Below are positions 1 to 9,359 of a stretch of DNA of 64,000 bases, one piece after another. This stretch comes from Obrimoposthia wandeli (lineage: Eukaryota), in contig CDROCS010005092.1 in the NCBI GenBank assembly GCA_977020255.1, forward strand, positions 1 to 64,000, read 5' to 3'. The notes under the pieces were generated by a model, which ran no database searches, had not been told where the DNA came from, and saw nothing but the letters and a program-made list of their open reading frames with translations. Numbering within the stretch: position 1 is the stretch's first letter; each line of letters opens with the position of its first letter. The position numbers and the translations under genes are program-made.

Positions 1-2902
1 GAGATAAAGGCCAAAGAGGTCATTAAAATAGGACGTAAACGCAGTCGTACAGCCGCAACAGCCGCGTCAGCTAAATTTAAGCCTTCATCCATTTTATGGA
101 TAGCAAACTCAACAATTAACACCGCATTTTTCGACGCTAAACCTATGGTGGTCAACAAGCCTAATGCAGGCAAATACTGCTTCGAGCAAACCACTTATAC
201 TCAAACGCGGCCATAATTGCGCCAAATATACCTAAAGGCACAATCAGCATGATAGCGAACGGAACTGACCAGCTCTCATATAATGCCGCTAAACATAAGA
301 ATACAAACAGTAATGAAAGGCCATAAAGCAGAGGAGCTTGCCCGCTACTTGAACGTTCTTGAAACGAAATTCCTGTCCACTCAGATGAAATACCATTTGG
401 CAGTAGCTTAACTAAACGTTCCATTTCGTCCATTGCTTGACCCGTACTATAACCCGGCGCCGCACTACCTTGAACTTCCATGGCTGAAAAACCATTATAA
501 CGCTCTAAGCGCGGTGAACCGTAGGTCCAGTATGCACTAGCAAATGCTGAGAAAGGCACCATGTCGCCATTCTTGTTACGTACATACCACTTGTTTAAAT
601 CTTCTGGCACCATGCGAGATTGCGCGTCACCTTGCATGTATACTTTCTTCACGCGACCACGGTCAATAAAGTCATTCACATAACTACTGCCCCATGCTGT
701 TGAAAGCGTGTTGTTAATATCACTTTGCGAAACGCCCAGTGCTTCAGCTTTTGCTAAGTCAGTATCAAGTTGTAGTTCGGGCATGTCTTCTTGGCCGTTC
801 GGGCGAACCCCTGCTAATATCGGGCTTTGACTTGCCAAGCCTAATAACTGATTTCGAGCAGCTAGCAGTGCATCATGACCAAGGCCAACACGGTCTTGCA
901 AAAATAAATTAAAGCCATTAGCCGTACCTAGTTCCATAATGGCTGGTGGCGGGAAAGCAAAAACAAAGGCTTCTTTTATAGTAGAAAAATATCCCATCGC
1001 TTTACCTGCAACAGCTTGCACTGATAAATCGTCACGCTGGCGTTCATCCCAGTGCTTAAGATTAACAAAGGCAATGGCTGAGTTTTGCCCTGAACCGGCG
1101 AAACTAAACCCTGTGACGGTGAAAATACCATTAACGGCTTCAGATTGGTCGTTCAAGAAGTGATTTTCGACTTTCTTAACAACGTCTAAAGTTTGTTGTG
1201 TTGTAGAGCCCGCTGGTAATGAAATTTGGTTGAACAAAATACCTTGGTCTTCATCAGGTAAAAATGCAGTCGGTAAGTTTGAAAACACGTAAACCATACC
1301 GCCAACAATCACAGCATAAATAAGCAAATAACGCTTAGAATGTTTGATCATTCGGCTAACAAAGCCTTGCGCACCGGCGTTAGTTTTATCAAAACCACGG
1401 TTAAAGCCAGAGAAGAACTTGCCAATTAATGAGCTGTTGTCATGGACATGGCTTGGTTTTAGTAATGAAGCACAAAGTGCCGGCGTTAGAATAAGGGCAA
1501 CTAATACCGAAAGCCCCATCGCAGAGACCAAGGTAATAGAAAACTGGCGGTAGATAATACCGGTAGAACCGCTGAAAAATGCCATCGGAATAAATACCGC
1601 TGAAAGCACCATAGCGATACCCACTAAGGCACCCTTTATTTCATCCATTGATTTGCGTGTTGCTTCAACCGCCGATAATTTTTCTTCGGTCATCAGTCGT
1701 TCTACGTTCTCTACCACAACGATGGCATCATCCACTAATAAGCCGATAGCTAATACCATCGCAAACATGGTCAGTGTGTTGATTGAATAGCCAAACGTAT
1801 ACAAAATGCCGAACGTACCCAGTAATACCACAGGCACAGCAATGGTTGGGATAAGTGTTGCTCGAAAATTCTGTAAAAACAAATACATAACAACAAACAC
1901 TAAAACAACGGCTTCAATTAAGGTGTGAATAACTTTTTCTATTGATAAAGAAACAAACGGTGTTGTGTCATAAGGAACAACCGCTTCTAATCCTTCAGGA
2001 AAAAACTGTTGAAGTTCATGTATCGCCGCCTTAACACCAGCAGCCGTATCAAGTGCATTTGCACCACTGGCGAGTTTAATACCGATACCTGATGCTGGCT
2101 GACCGTCATAACGAGCAACTACACGGTAGCTTTCACCACCGAGTTCGACACTTGCTACGTCTTTAAGGCGCACAACAGAGCCATTGCTATTGGTTTTAAC
2201 TAAAATCTCTTCGAATTGTTCAGGTGTTTGTAATCGACTTTGTGCCGTTACTGTTGCATTAAGTTGCTGACCTTCAATTGAGGGCATACCGCCAAGTTGG
2301 CCTGCTGATACTTGGGCATTTTGTTCTGATATAGAAGCACTAATATCGGCAGGTGTCAGTTTATAGCTTTGCAGTTTTGCGGGGTCTAATATATTGCGAT
2401 ACGCGAGACAACCTACTGTATTAGATGAAACGTAATCACCAATATCAATATTACTCATACTGCCATCTTTAGATACGAATCCGTATACCATTAAAAAGTT
2501 TCGAGCCGATTTAGCAACAACAACACCTTGTCTTTGTACTGCTTCTGGCAGTAAAGGGGTGGCGGTTGCCAATTTGTTTTGCACCTGAACCTGAGCGATA
2601 TCTGGATCGGTGTCAGCACTAAATGAAAGTGTTAATGTCGCAGAGCCACTAGACTCAGACGTTGATGACATATAAAGCAAGCCATCAAGCCCTTTCATTT
2701 TCTGTTCAATGACCTGTGTTACTGTATCTTCAAGTGTACGTGCCGAAGCGCCCGGATAAGTTGCTGTAATGCTAACAGCAGGCGGTGCGATCGATGGATA
2801 CTGTGCGATAGGCAAATTTTGAATAGCTAAAATACCCGCAAGCATCACTACGATAGCAAGTACCCAGGCAAAAATAGGTCTATCGATAAAAAATCGTGAC
2901 AT
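1..2902 (-). pseudogene. acrB: AcrB/MexB-family RND efflux permease, apparently disrupted (about 16-aa internal deletion plus a frameshift near 161-205); 3' end runs off the window
   Basis: The 913-aa ORF starts [14 protein letters not shown] and follows AcrB to [16 protein letters not shown], then stops at 161-163. The remaining AcrB sequence ([20 protein letters not shown]...[15 protein letters not shown]) continues in another frame from 161 to 1. Confidence 0.85.
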
Positions 2903-2914
2903 TACAATTCTCCG

Positions 2915-4093
2915 TTATTGCGCTTTACTTGCAGAAGATGCAGTAGCAGGTGAACCAACTTCAGATGCAACAACTGGGGCACCAGGACGAATTTTTTGTA
3001 AACCCTCGACAATTAATTTATCACCATTAGCTAATCCACTAGTGACTAACCAATTTGAACCTACAGTTCTATCAACAGTTAAAATTCGGCTTTCAACTTT
3101 GTTGTCTTTACTGACCACCATAGCTGTTGGGTCACCTTTGCTATTTCGGCTTACACCACGTTGCGGTACCAATATTGCGTCGGCTTTAACACCTTCAATA
3201 ATCGAAGCGCGGGCATACATACCTGGCAATAGTAACTTTTCAGGATTTGGAAATTTAGCACGAAGTGTCACCGAGCCAGTGCTTGGATCTACGGTTACTT
3301 CAGAAAACTGTAATGTGCCTTTATGAGGATAAATTGAACCATCTTCCATGATAAGTTCAACATCTGTTTGGCTTGTTGAGTCAACGGTCAATGTACCAGA
3401 GGCGATCGCTTTTTTAAGTCTCGTTAGTTCGTTACTTGATTGTGTTAAATCGACATAGATAGGATCAAGTTGGGTTACCGTTGCAAGCGCCGTACTTTGA
3501 TTCGCACTCACTAAAGCACCGACGGTGACGCTTGATTTACTGATTTGTCCGCTAATAGGTGACGAGACATGGCTATAATCAAGGTTAATTTGTGCGGACT
3601 GTAATTGGGCTTTAGCGGTCAGTAATTCTGCATTTGCTTGTTTGTAGGTGGCATCTGCTTCATCAAAATCTTGCTGACTTACCGCTTTAATTTTAAGTAG
3701 CTCACTAAAGCGAGCCGCTTTAGCTTTAGTGCTTGCAATACTCGCTTGTGCTTTTGCAACAGCAGCTTCGCTTGCTGCCAATTCTGCTTTAAATGTGGCA
3801 GGGTTGATTTGATAAAGCGCTTGGCCTTGTTCAACCTGTTTGCCTTCAGTAAATAAACGCGCTTGTACAATACCGCTTACTTGAGGGCGAATTTCAGCAA
3901 TCTGGAATGCGTTAATACGTCCAGGTAATTCTTTTTTAAGGGTAAGCGCTTGGCTTTTTAATGTCACCACACCTACTGGCATAGCTTGAGGCGCTGAAGT
4001 TTGCGACTGCTCAGCGGCCAGATCGCAACCCGTTAAAGCAATAGCGGCGACAAGGGTTGATAATACTAATAAAGCGATGCGGGAACGCAGCAT
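2915..4093 (-). CDS. acrA: AcrA/MexA-family RND periplasmic adaptor lipoprotein
   Basis: Lipobox IALTGC, ELPGRINAFQIAEIRPQVSGI and VTVDPSTGSVTLRA motifs; directly upstream of the acrB-like gene. Confidence 0.93.
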   Translation of the reverse strand: MLRSRIALLVLSTLVAAIALTGCDLAAEQSQTSAPQAMPVGVVTLKSQALTLKKELPGRINAFQIAEIRPQVSGIVQARLFTEGKQVEQGQALYQINPATFKAELAASEAAVAKAQASIASTKAKAARFSELLKIKAVSQQDFDEADATYKQANAELLTAKAQLQSAQINLDYSHVSSPISGQISKSSVTVGALVSANQSTALATVTQLDPIYVDLTQSSNELTRLKKAIASGTLTVDSTSQTDVELIMEDGSIYPHKGTLQFSEVTVDPSTGSVTLRAKFPNPEKLLLPGMYARASIIEGVKADAILVPQRGVSRNSKGDPTAMVVSKDNKVESRILTVDRTVGSNWLVTSGLANGDKLIVEGLQKIRPGAPVVASEVGSPATASSASKAQ

Positions 4094-4123
4094 GATAAAT
4101 ACCTTTAATGTAAAGTTTAAAGC

Positions 4124-4145
4124 TTAGAGTGAACGATCATTCTAA
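4124..4145. promoter_or_regulatory. Imperfect palindrome, candidate TetR-type operator of the efflux operon
   Basis: TTAGAGTGAAC-GATCATTCTAA inverted repeat about 30 bp upstream of the acrA start. Confidence 0.5.
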
Positions 4146-4360
4146 ATTAAAGATGTTCAATAATAAACCTAATTGACCGAACTTTACAAAGTATTACACT
4201 TGCGAAACAAATAGATGCGATCATGATGGTGGCGCAAGGTGTGCGAAGCGTTTAATGATGCTGAGCAAGTAACGTATTATGCTGATTATTGACTATTTTG
4301 AGCAGACCAAATAATAGCTTTAGGTGATATTTTGTTATTGTTGATCAGTGATCGAAGTTT

Positions 4361-4523
4361 AATACCAAATGTAATAAGTTATTGACCAATTTTAAGCGAG
4401 GATAAATTGTTCAAGAATAAGGCGTTTGATTGAGTAATAGCGGGCTATTGGGATTGAAAACAACGCAGTTATTGACGATTTAAACCGCCTTAAAATGATC
4501 GATTATTTATTTCAATTGGTATA
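4361..4523. repeat. ERIC-like intergenic repeat
   Basis: Ends AATACCAA...TTGGTATA; 4362-4417 is identical over 56 bp to the reverse complement of 61056-61111; internal hairpin AATAGC-GG-GCTATT. Confidence 0.85.
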
Positions 4524-4548
4524 ATACAAGTGATTTGTTTTTTCGTTT

Positions 4549-4576
4549 AAAAAAAAGCCAGCATGATGCTGGCTTT
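4549..4576 (-). terminator. Intrinsic terminator of the RRM gene
   Basis: AAAGCCAGCA-TGA-TGCTGGCTTT stem with an A8 run (U-tract on the minus strand). Confidence 0.8.
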
Positions 4577-4616
4577 AATTTTCAATAATTGGCAAGTGTT
4601 TTGCGCATTGCTAATA

Positions 4617-4853
4617 TTATTGCGCTAATTTTACGCGAATTTTATTGTTTGAAACTTTGGTTTCATGCAGATTTTTTAAAGCGTCTTTAGCTTCTTTTTC
4701 ATTTGGCATTTCAACAAAGCCAAAGCCTTTTGATTTAGCGGTTGCTTGGTCTAAAACTAAAGTGCATTCAGTGACTTTGCCGTGAGCAGAAAATAAAATG
4801 CGGAGCTCTTGTTCAGTTGTTGAACGAGAAAGGTTGCGAACTAAAAGTTTCAT
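4617..4853 (-). CDS. Small RRM (RNP-1) RNA-binding protein
   Basis: RNP2-like LLVRNL and RNP1-like KGFGFVEM; 78 aa. Confidence 0.9.
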   Translation of the reverse strand: MKLLVRNLSRSTTEQELRILFSAHGKVTECTLVLDQATAKSKGFGFVEMPNEKEAKDALKNLHETKVSNNKIRVKLAQ

Positions 4854-5007
4854 AATGGACCATTGGTATGTGATTGCAGTGTCAATTATCTCATAGTTTT
4901 GCTTAAGACCAAGTTATTTTCTACATTTGAGTGAAATAAATGCTCTATGAGGACCATTTTATCTTTTGCTCAGGCTTTTGGGTGAAAATATAATCTTAGC
5001 ATTAGTT

Positions 5008-6090
5008 TTATATGAGCAATGCTTTATCTAAATGTAACTTCTCGGTTAGCGTAATGATTGCAGGAAAGTTTTTATACAATGCGCTTTTATCACTGTAGGC
5101 TTGGCTTAATATAGGAATGCTAATTCTGTTCTTATTTAAATAAACATCAAGTTGCTTATTTCTATAGTTTTTCTTGATAGGATAATTTTCAAAGTTACCG
5201 TTAGGCTCTAGCGTTGTGTTAACAATGTTTATCCAGTGTTGGTACCAATCTGCATGTATATCCTTTTTGCTTAAATTAGCGGCTAAGGACATATTCTCTA
5301 TTAATCCTTGAAAGGGTAAGAAATGGCTATTCGCCTTTAGAAATGATGGCTCCATAGTTTTTTTGGCAAACTCTGTTCGAACCAAAGATAATAATGTGCT
5401 GCTATCATTGCTCAGTTCAATATTTAACTTTTTTAATACTTCAGCGCTGTGATAGAGCGCTATATTTGAAAAATAATCGCGTGCTTTACTGACGATAATA
5501 ATTTGTTCTGCTATCGCGGCTTGTAATAACTCAACGTCAAGACTGTCATCACTAGGAATGAGCAATTCATGTGCTTTTTGCAATTCTTTAAGCGCTTTGC
5601 TTAACTGCGTTACTGAGGCATTAGCTTTAATCAAGTCCCACTCATCAACAGGTAATACACTGTATTGTTCGAAGAGCTTTGTCAGTTGCTTTGGTCGATA
5701 TTTAAAGGAATGATCAATACTGATTTTTGCTTGTAATAAAGGGTATAGTTTATCGCCGGTACTGACGAGTATGTTTTTTGCTGCTTGGTTTGGGATGCTG
5801 CGATATGACTGGTGACTTGCTAAATAAGCAGCATAATTATTATTTTGAGCTTGGTAATTTTGTGCTTGTTCAAGCAAGGTTTTTGCTTTTTGTGTTTTAA
5901 CAAATTCAACCTGATATTCGTCGGGGGCTAACGTTGCTAAGGTGCTTAACGCGGCTGTTAGTTGTTGAATGTTTTGGCTTGATTTAGCTGATTCGTATGC
6001 GCGAAGTGCTTCTTTGTATTCCGCGGAGGAGCAGGATGCTAGTAATAAAAGTAGGACTGTTATTATAATATTTTTGCAGGCAGCCAACAT
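5008..6090 (-). CDS. Hypothetical lipoprotein
   Basis: 360-aa ORF with signal peptide and lipobox LLASC, helical-looking; family not recognised. Confidence 0.7.
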   Translation of the reverse strand: MLAACKNIIITVLLLLLASCSSAEYKEALRAYESAKSSQNIQQLTAALSTLATLAPDEYQVEFVKTQKAKTLLEQAQNYQAQNNNYAAYLASHQSYRSIPNQAAKNILVSTGDKLYPLLQAKISIDHSFKYRPKQLTKLFEQYSVLPVDEWDLIKANASVTQLSKALKELQKAHELLIPSDDSLDVELLQAAIAEQIIIVSKARDYFSNIALYHSAEVLKKLNIELSNDSSTLLSLVRTEFAKKTMEPSFLKANSHFLPFQGLIENMSLAANLSKKDIHADWYQHWINIVNTTLEPNGNFENYPIKKNYRNKQLDVYLNKNRISIPILSQAYSDKSALYKNFPAIITLTEKLHLDKALLI

Positions 6091-6236
6091 ACGAATACAT
6101 CCTAAATGTTAATTATTGTTATTCCATTTTTAATGTTATTAATCTAATGGCTTAGTTGTTGAATGTAAAGCCGTTGTTTACTTTAGCGATTTTATCTATT
6201 GAAAGTATTTAAATGGTTTTCACGCTGTAATTAAAG

Positions 6237-6935
6237 CTATAAAATTAGTTGTTGCAAGGAGATGTTTTCTCCTTGCTCACTGACTTGTGCTAAAAGTAGC
6301 TCCGCTGTTGCGATAGCATCATTTAATGCATTGTGGGCGTAGTGTTCAGGAAAGGCATACTTTGTCCGCAGGGCTGAAAGCCTTAGTTCTGAAGGGTCAT
6401 AGGCAACATCTCTTTTATCTAGGCGTTTTTTAGCAACCACTAAAGTATCTATTATCGGAAATGGTGGTGCCATACCATAGAGCTCGAGGCAGGCTTGTCG
6501 TAAAAACTGTCGTTCAATACGGGAAAAATGCACTAGCATCACTTTGCCAGCGAGCCTTTTAAGTAACTGTTCTATAACTTCAGCTAATGACTTACCTTGA
6601 TCTTTTTGATCATCGGTAATTTGGTGAATTGTCACGTTGTCGGCTTTTAAACTGCCTTTGGTTTGAATAATTTCATGATAGCTACTGCCAAGCATTATTT
6701 GATTATGATTTAATTCCACGCAGCCAACACTGAGAAGCTTATCTTCTATGGCGTCTAAACCGGTTGTTTCAAAATCTACCGCTAAAATGGGGATTTGATC
6801 AAATGGTGTATAAAGCGCAGGAAAAGGCACGCTAAGAAAGTCGCGTAATGGCCCAGCGGGCGCTTTTTCTAGCATACGCTTACGTTGTGCTTCATAGCCT
6901 ATTAGCCAGCGAAGTAAGGGGTGATTATTTAACAT
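6237..6935 (-). CDS. DnaQ-like (DEDDh) 3'-5' exonuclease
   Basis: ExoI AVDFETTGLD and ExoIII HNALNDA; usual neighbour of DUF294 genes. Confidence 0.88.
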   Translation of the reverse strand: MLNNHPLLRWLIGYEAQRKRMLEKAPAGPLRDFLSVPFPALYTPFDQIPILAVDFETTGLDAIEDKLLSVGCVELNHNQIMLGSSYHEIIQTKGSLKADNVTIHQITDDQKDQGKSLAEVIEQLLKRLAGKVMLVHFSRIERQFLRQACLELYGMAPPFPIIDTLVVAKKRLDKRDVAYDPSELRLSALRTKYAFPEHYAHNALNDAIATAELLLAQVSEQGENISLQQLIL

Positions 6936-6954
6936 GATAAATGGCTATCGCGAC

Positions 6955-8808
6955 TTAAGTTGATTGACGGCTGTCTTGCATGGTTTTAATCACTTTAAAG
7001 GCATCTTTTAAGTGTTCACGCTCGAGTTTAGAAATTTCTTTCGGTGATAAATAATTATTGGGTTGCTGGCCTTGCTGTAATTTATTGGCTTGGTGCATCA
7101 TGCGCAGCATGCTCAAAAATTCATAGGCGTCAATAAGGTTGGCTGCCGACGATTTGGTTAATGAAGGAGTGCCTGCTGCTTGTTTAAGTCGCTCTATGGT
7201 ATTGACCGATGAAATGCCTTCAGATAGTGCATAAATGCGCGCAAGATCGACTATTGGCGCAATACCATTATGTTTTAAATCGAGGGTTGCTTTGTTTTCA
7301 CCATCTTGAATAAGGACAAAGTCACGGAAAAAGCCAAGTGGGGGCCTTAAATTTAAAGCGTTACGCGATAAGTGGGCGATAAACAGTGTGCTACGTTGCG
7401 TGGCTTTCAACATATTTACTCGAACTTGTTCAAGTAAACGACTGTCGCCATAAACTGTCGTTAAATCGAAGAAAATACTGCAATGCATTAGCGCTAAAGG
7501 CTCTGGCGTGTTAATCCATTTAGTAAAATAATGTGACCATGTTTTTTGTGTTTGACACCATTTAGGATTTGTCGCCATGACATTTCCAGGACAATAAATA
7601 AAGCCACAAGCTGCTAAGCCATCGGAAACAAAAGTGGCAAGATCTTTAAACCAATAACTGTGTTGCGGCTGCATGTCGTTGGAGATGATCAGGGCATTGT
7701 CTTGGTCTGAATGAGCAAATTGTTCTTGTCGTGCTTGTGAACCTGCCGCTAGCCAAGCATAAGGTACTGGTGGTGGGCCTAATAATTTTTCCGCCATTTC
7801 AATTAAGCGAATGGTGAAAGCCATGGTGATGGCACTAATGCTTTTGCCAACATGATCAGCGGTAGTGCCTAGCTTGGCCATGCGAATTTGCAGTTTTGGG
7901 ATCATATTACTGATTTCGGCTAATTCGCTGACCGAGGTGGCTTTATGGATAACACTGGTGATGTTAACGGCATTTTGTCCTTCGTTATTCATTAAATCAG
8001 TGACGGTGACCATGCCTTTGAGTTGACTGCTTGCCGTGACCGGTAGGTGATGAATATGCTTTTGTGTCATCATCATTAAAGCATCGTAGGCGGTGCTTTT
8101 AATGTCGATGGTGGCCATGTCGTCAGTCATAATACTGCTAACAGGTTGATCTATTGCTAGTCCTTGAGCGACACAACGGCGACGAATATCTTTGTCAGTC
8201 ACTATGCCTAATGGTTTGTCATTTTCTACAATAACTAAACAAGAAAAGCTTTGTTCGGTCATCAAAACTGCCGCTTGCTGAATAGTGGTATCAGGACTTA
8301 CCGTAATGACCGGACTATGGTAAAAATTAGCGATAGGGCTATTTAATAATGAAGAATTTAAAATTGCATCTTCATTAACTTGTAGCATTTTCTTATTAAG
8401 TCGTTGCTCAGAACTTTGTTGAAAAAAGGCCATAACATCGGGATATTCACTCGCCAGATGATGAAAACTGTCGTAACTGATGCTATATAAAAGGGTATCT
8501 TCATCAGTGGTTACCTTCGCTTTTTGCTTATTGTTGTTATCATTGTCGAGAGAACAAAAAGCAGTACAAATGTCACCTTCACCATATTTTCCTAATAGTT
8601 CATCATCGTCACTGAAATAACTTAACGCACCTTTGCGCAGTATGTAGAGATTTTCTTGAGTAACACCTTGTGGTGGTAGTGACTGACCCCTGCGCACATA
8701 ACAAATACTGATTTCTTTAACGACTTGTTCAATGATATTGCCCGGCAATAAGTCCATTGGCGGGATCGCTTGTATAAATTCGCTGATTTCGGTTAGTGCA
8801 GAGTCCAT
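6955..8808 (-). CDS. cNMP-binding/CBS-pair/DUF294 putative nucleotidyltransferase
   Basis: N-terminal cNMP-like domain (LYILRKGA), tandem CBS (GIVTDKDIRRR; HIHHLPV), NTase motif GSQARQEQFAHSDQDNA and DUF294_C-like LKHNGIAPIVDLAR. Confidence 0.9.
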   Translation of the reverse strand: MDSALTEISEFIQAIPPMDLLPGNIIEQVVKEISICYVRRGQSLPPQGVTQENLYILRKGALSYFSDDDELLGKYGEGDICTAFCSLDNDNNNKQKAKVTTDEDTLLYSISYDSFHHLASEYPDVMAFFQQSSEQRLNKKMLQVNEDAILNSSLLNSPIANFYHSPVITVSPDTTIQQAAVLMTEQSFSCLVIVENDKPLGIVTDKDIRRRCVAQGLAIDQPVSSIMTDDMATIDIKSTAYDALMMMTQKHIHHLPVTASSQLKGMVTVTDLMNNEGQNAVNITSVIHKATSVSELAEISNMIPKLQIRMAKLGTTADHVGKSISAITMAFTIRLIEMAEKLLGPPPVPYAWLAAGSQARQEQFAHSDQDNALIISNDMQPQHSYWFKDLATFVSDGLAACGFIYCPGNVMATNPKWCQTQKTWSHYFTKWINTPEPLALMHCSIFFDLTTVYGDSRLLEQVRVNMLKATQRSTLFIAHLSRNALNLRPPLGFFRDFVLIQDGENKATLDLKHNGIAPIVDLARIYALSEGISSVNTIERLKQAAGTPSLTKSSAANLIDAYEFLSMLRMMHQANKLQQGQQPNNYLSPKEISKLEREHLKDAFKVIKTMQDSRQST

Positions 8809-8884
8809 GGCAATATCTCAAGTGTTTATACTCTCTGTATTTAGGGGAATTACGCCACTTAAGTCAACTGTTTAACGTAAGTTC

Positions 8885-8898
8885 TAGACTAAAGTTCA
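8885..8898. promoter_or_regulatory. Candidate CrbR box
   Basis: TAGAC-TAAA-GTTCA in the divergent DUF294/DUF4212 intergenic region; similar motifs at 13965 and 18317. Confidence 0.55.
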
Positions 8899-9104
8899 AT
8901 AGGAGTGCCGAAAAAAGATTGCTAGTGTGTAGCCTAGAGTAGGTTAAGTATTCGTTTATCCAAGTTTGGCGCGGTCAGCAGATTGAAGTCAGTAGGTCGA
9001 GTTAATAGTTAACCTCTCTATACAACAGGTGAAAGCGTATAAAAATCATAAAACGCTATGCCTATTAAGCTAAAAGCTTTAATAGGAATAATTGCTAGGA
9101 GAGA

Positions 9105-9359
9105 ATGATGGAAGGTAATACAACATATTGGTCAGAGAATCTGCGCCTAATATTTATAAGTCTTGCTATCTGGTTCGTGGTTTCATTTGGTTTTGGTTTA
9201 CTGCTTGTAGAACCATTAAATGCGATACGTCTAGGTGGTTACAAGCTAGGTTTCTGGTTTGCACAACAAGGTTCAATTTACACCTTTGTCGGTTTAGTTT
9301 TTTGGTATACCAAAAAAATGAACGACCTTGATAAAAAATATAATGTGGAGGAATCATAA
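9105..9359 (+). CDS. DUF4212-family small membrane protein (symporter partner)
   Basis: YWSENL and GYKLGFWFAQQGS motifs; stop overlaps the symporter start. Confidence 0.88.
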   Translation: MMEGNTTYWSENLRLIFISLAIWFVVSFGFGLLLVEPLNAIRLGGYKLGFWFAQQGSIYTFVGLVFWYTKKMNDLDKKYNVEES

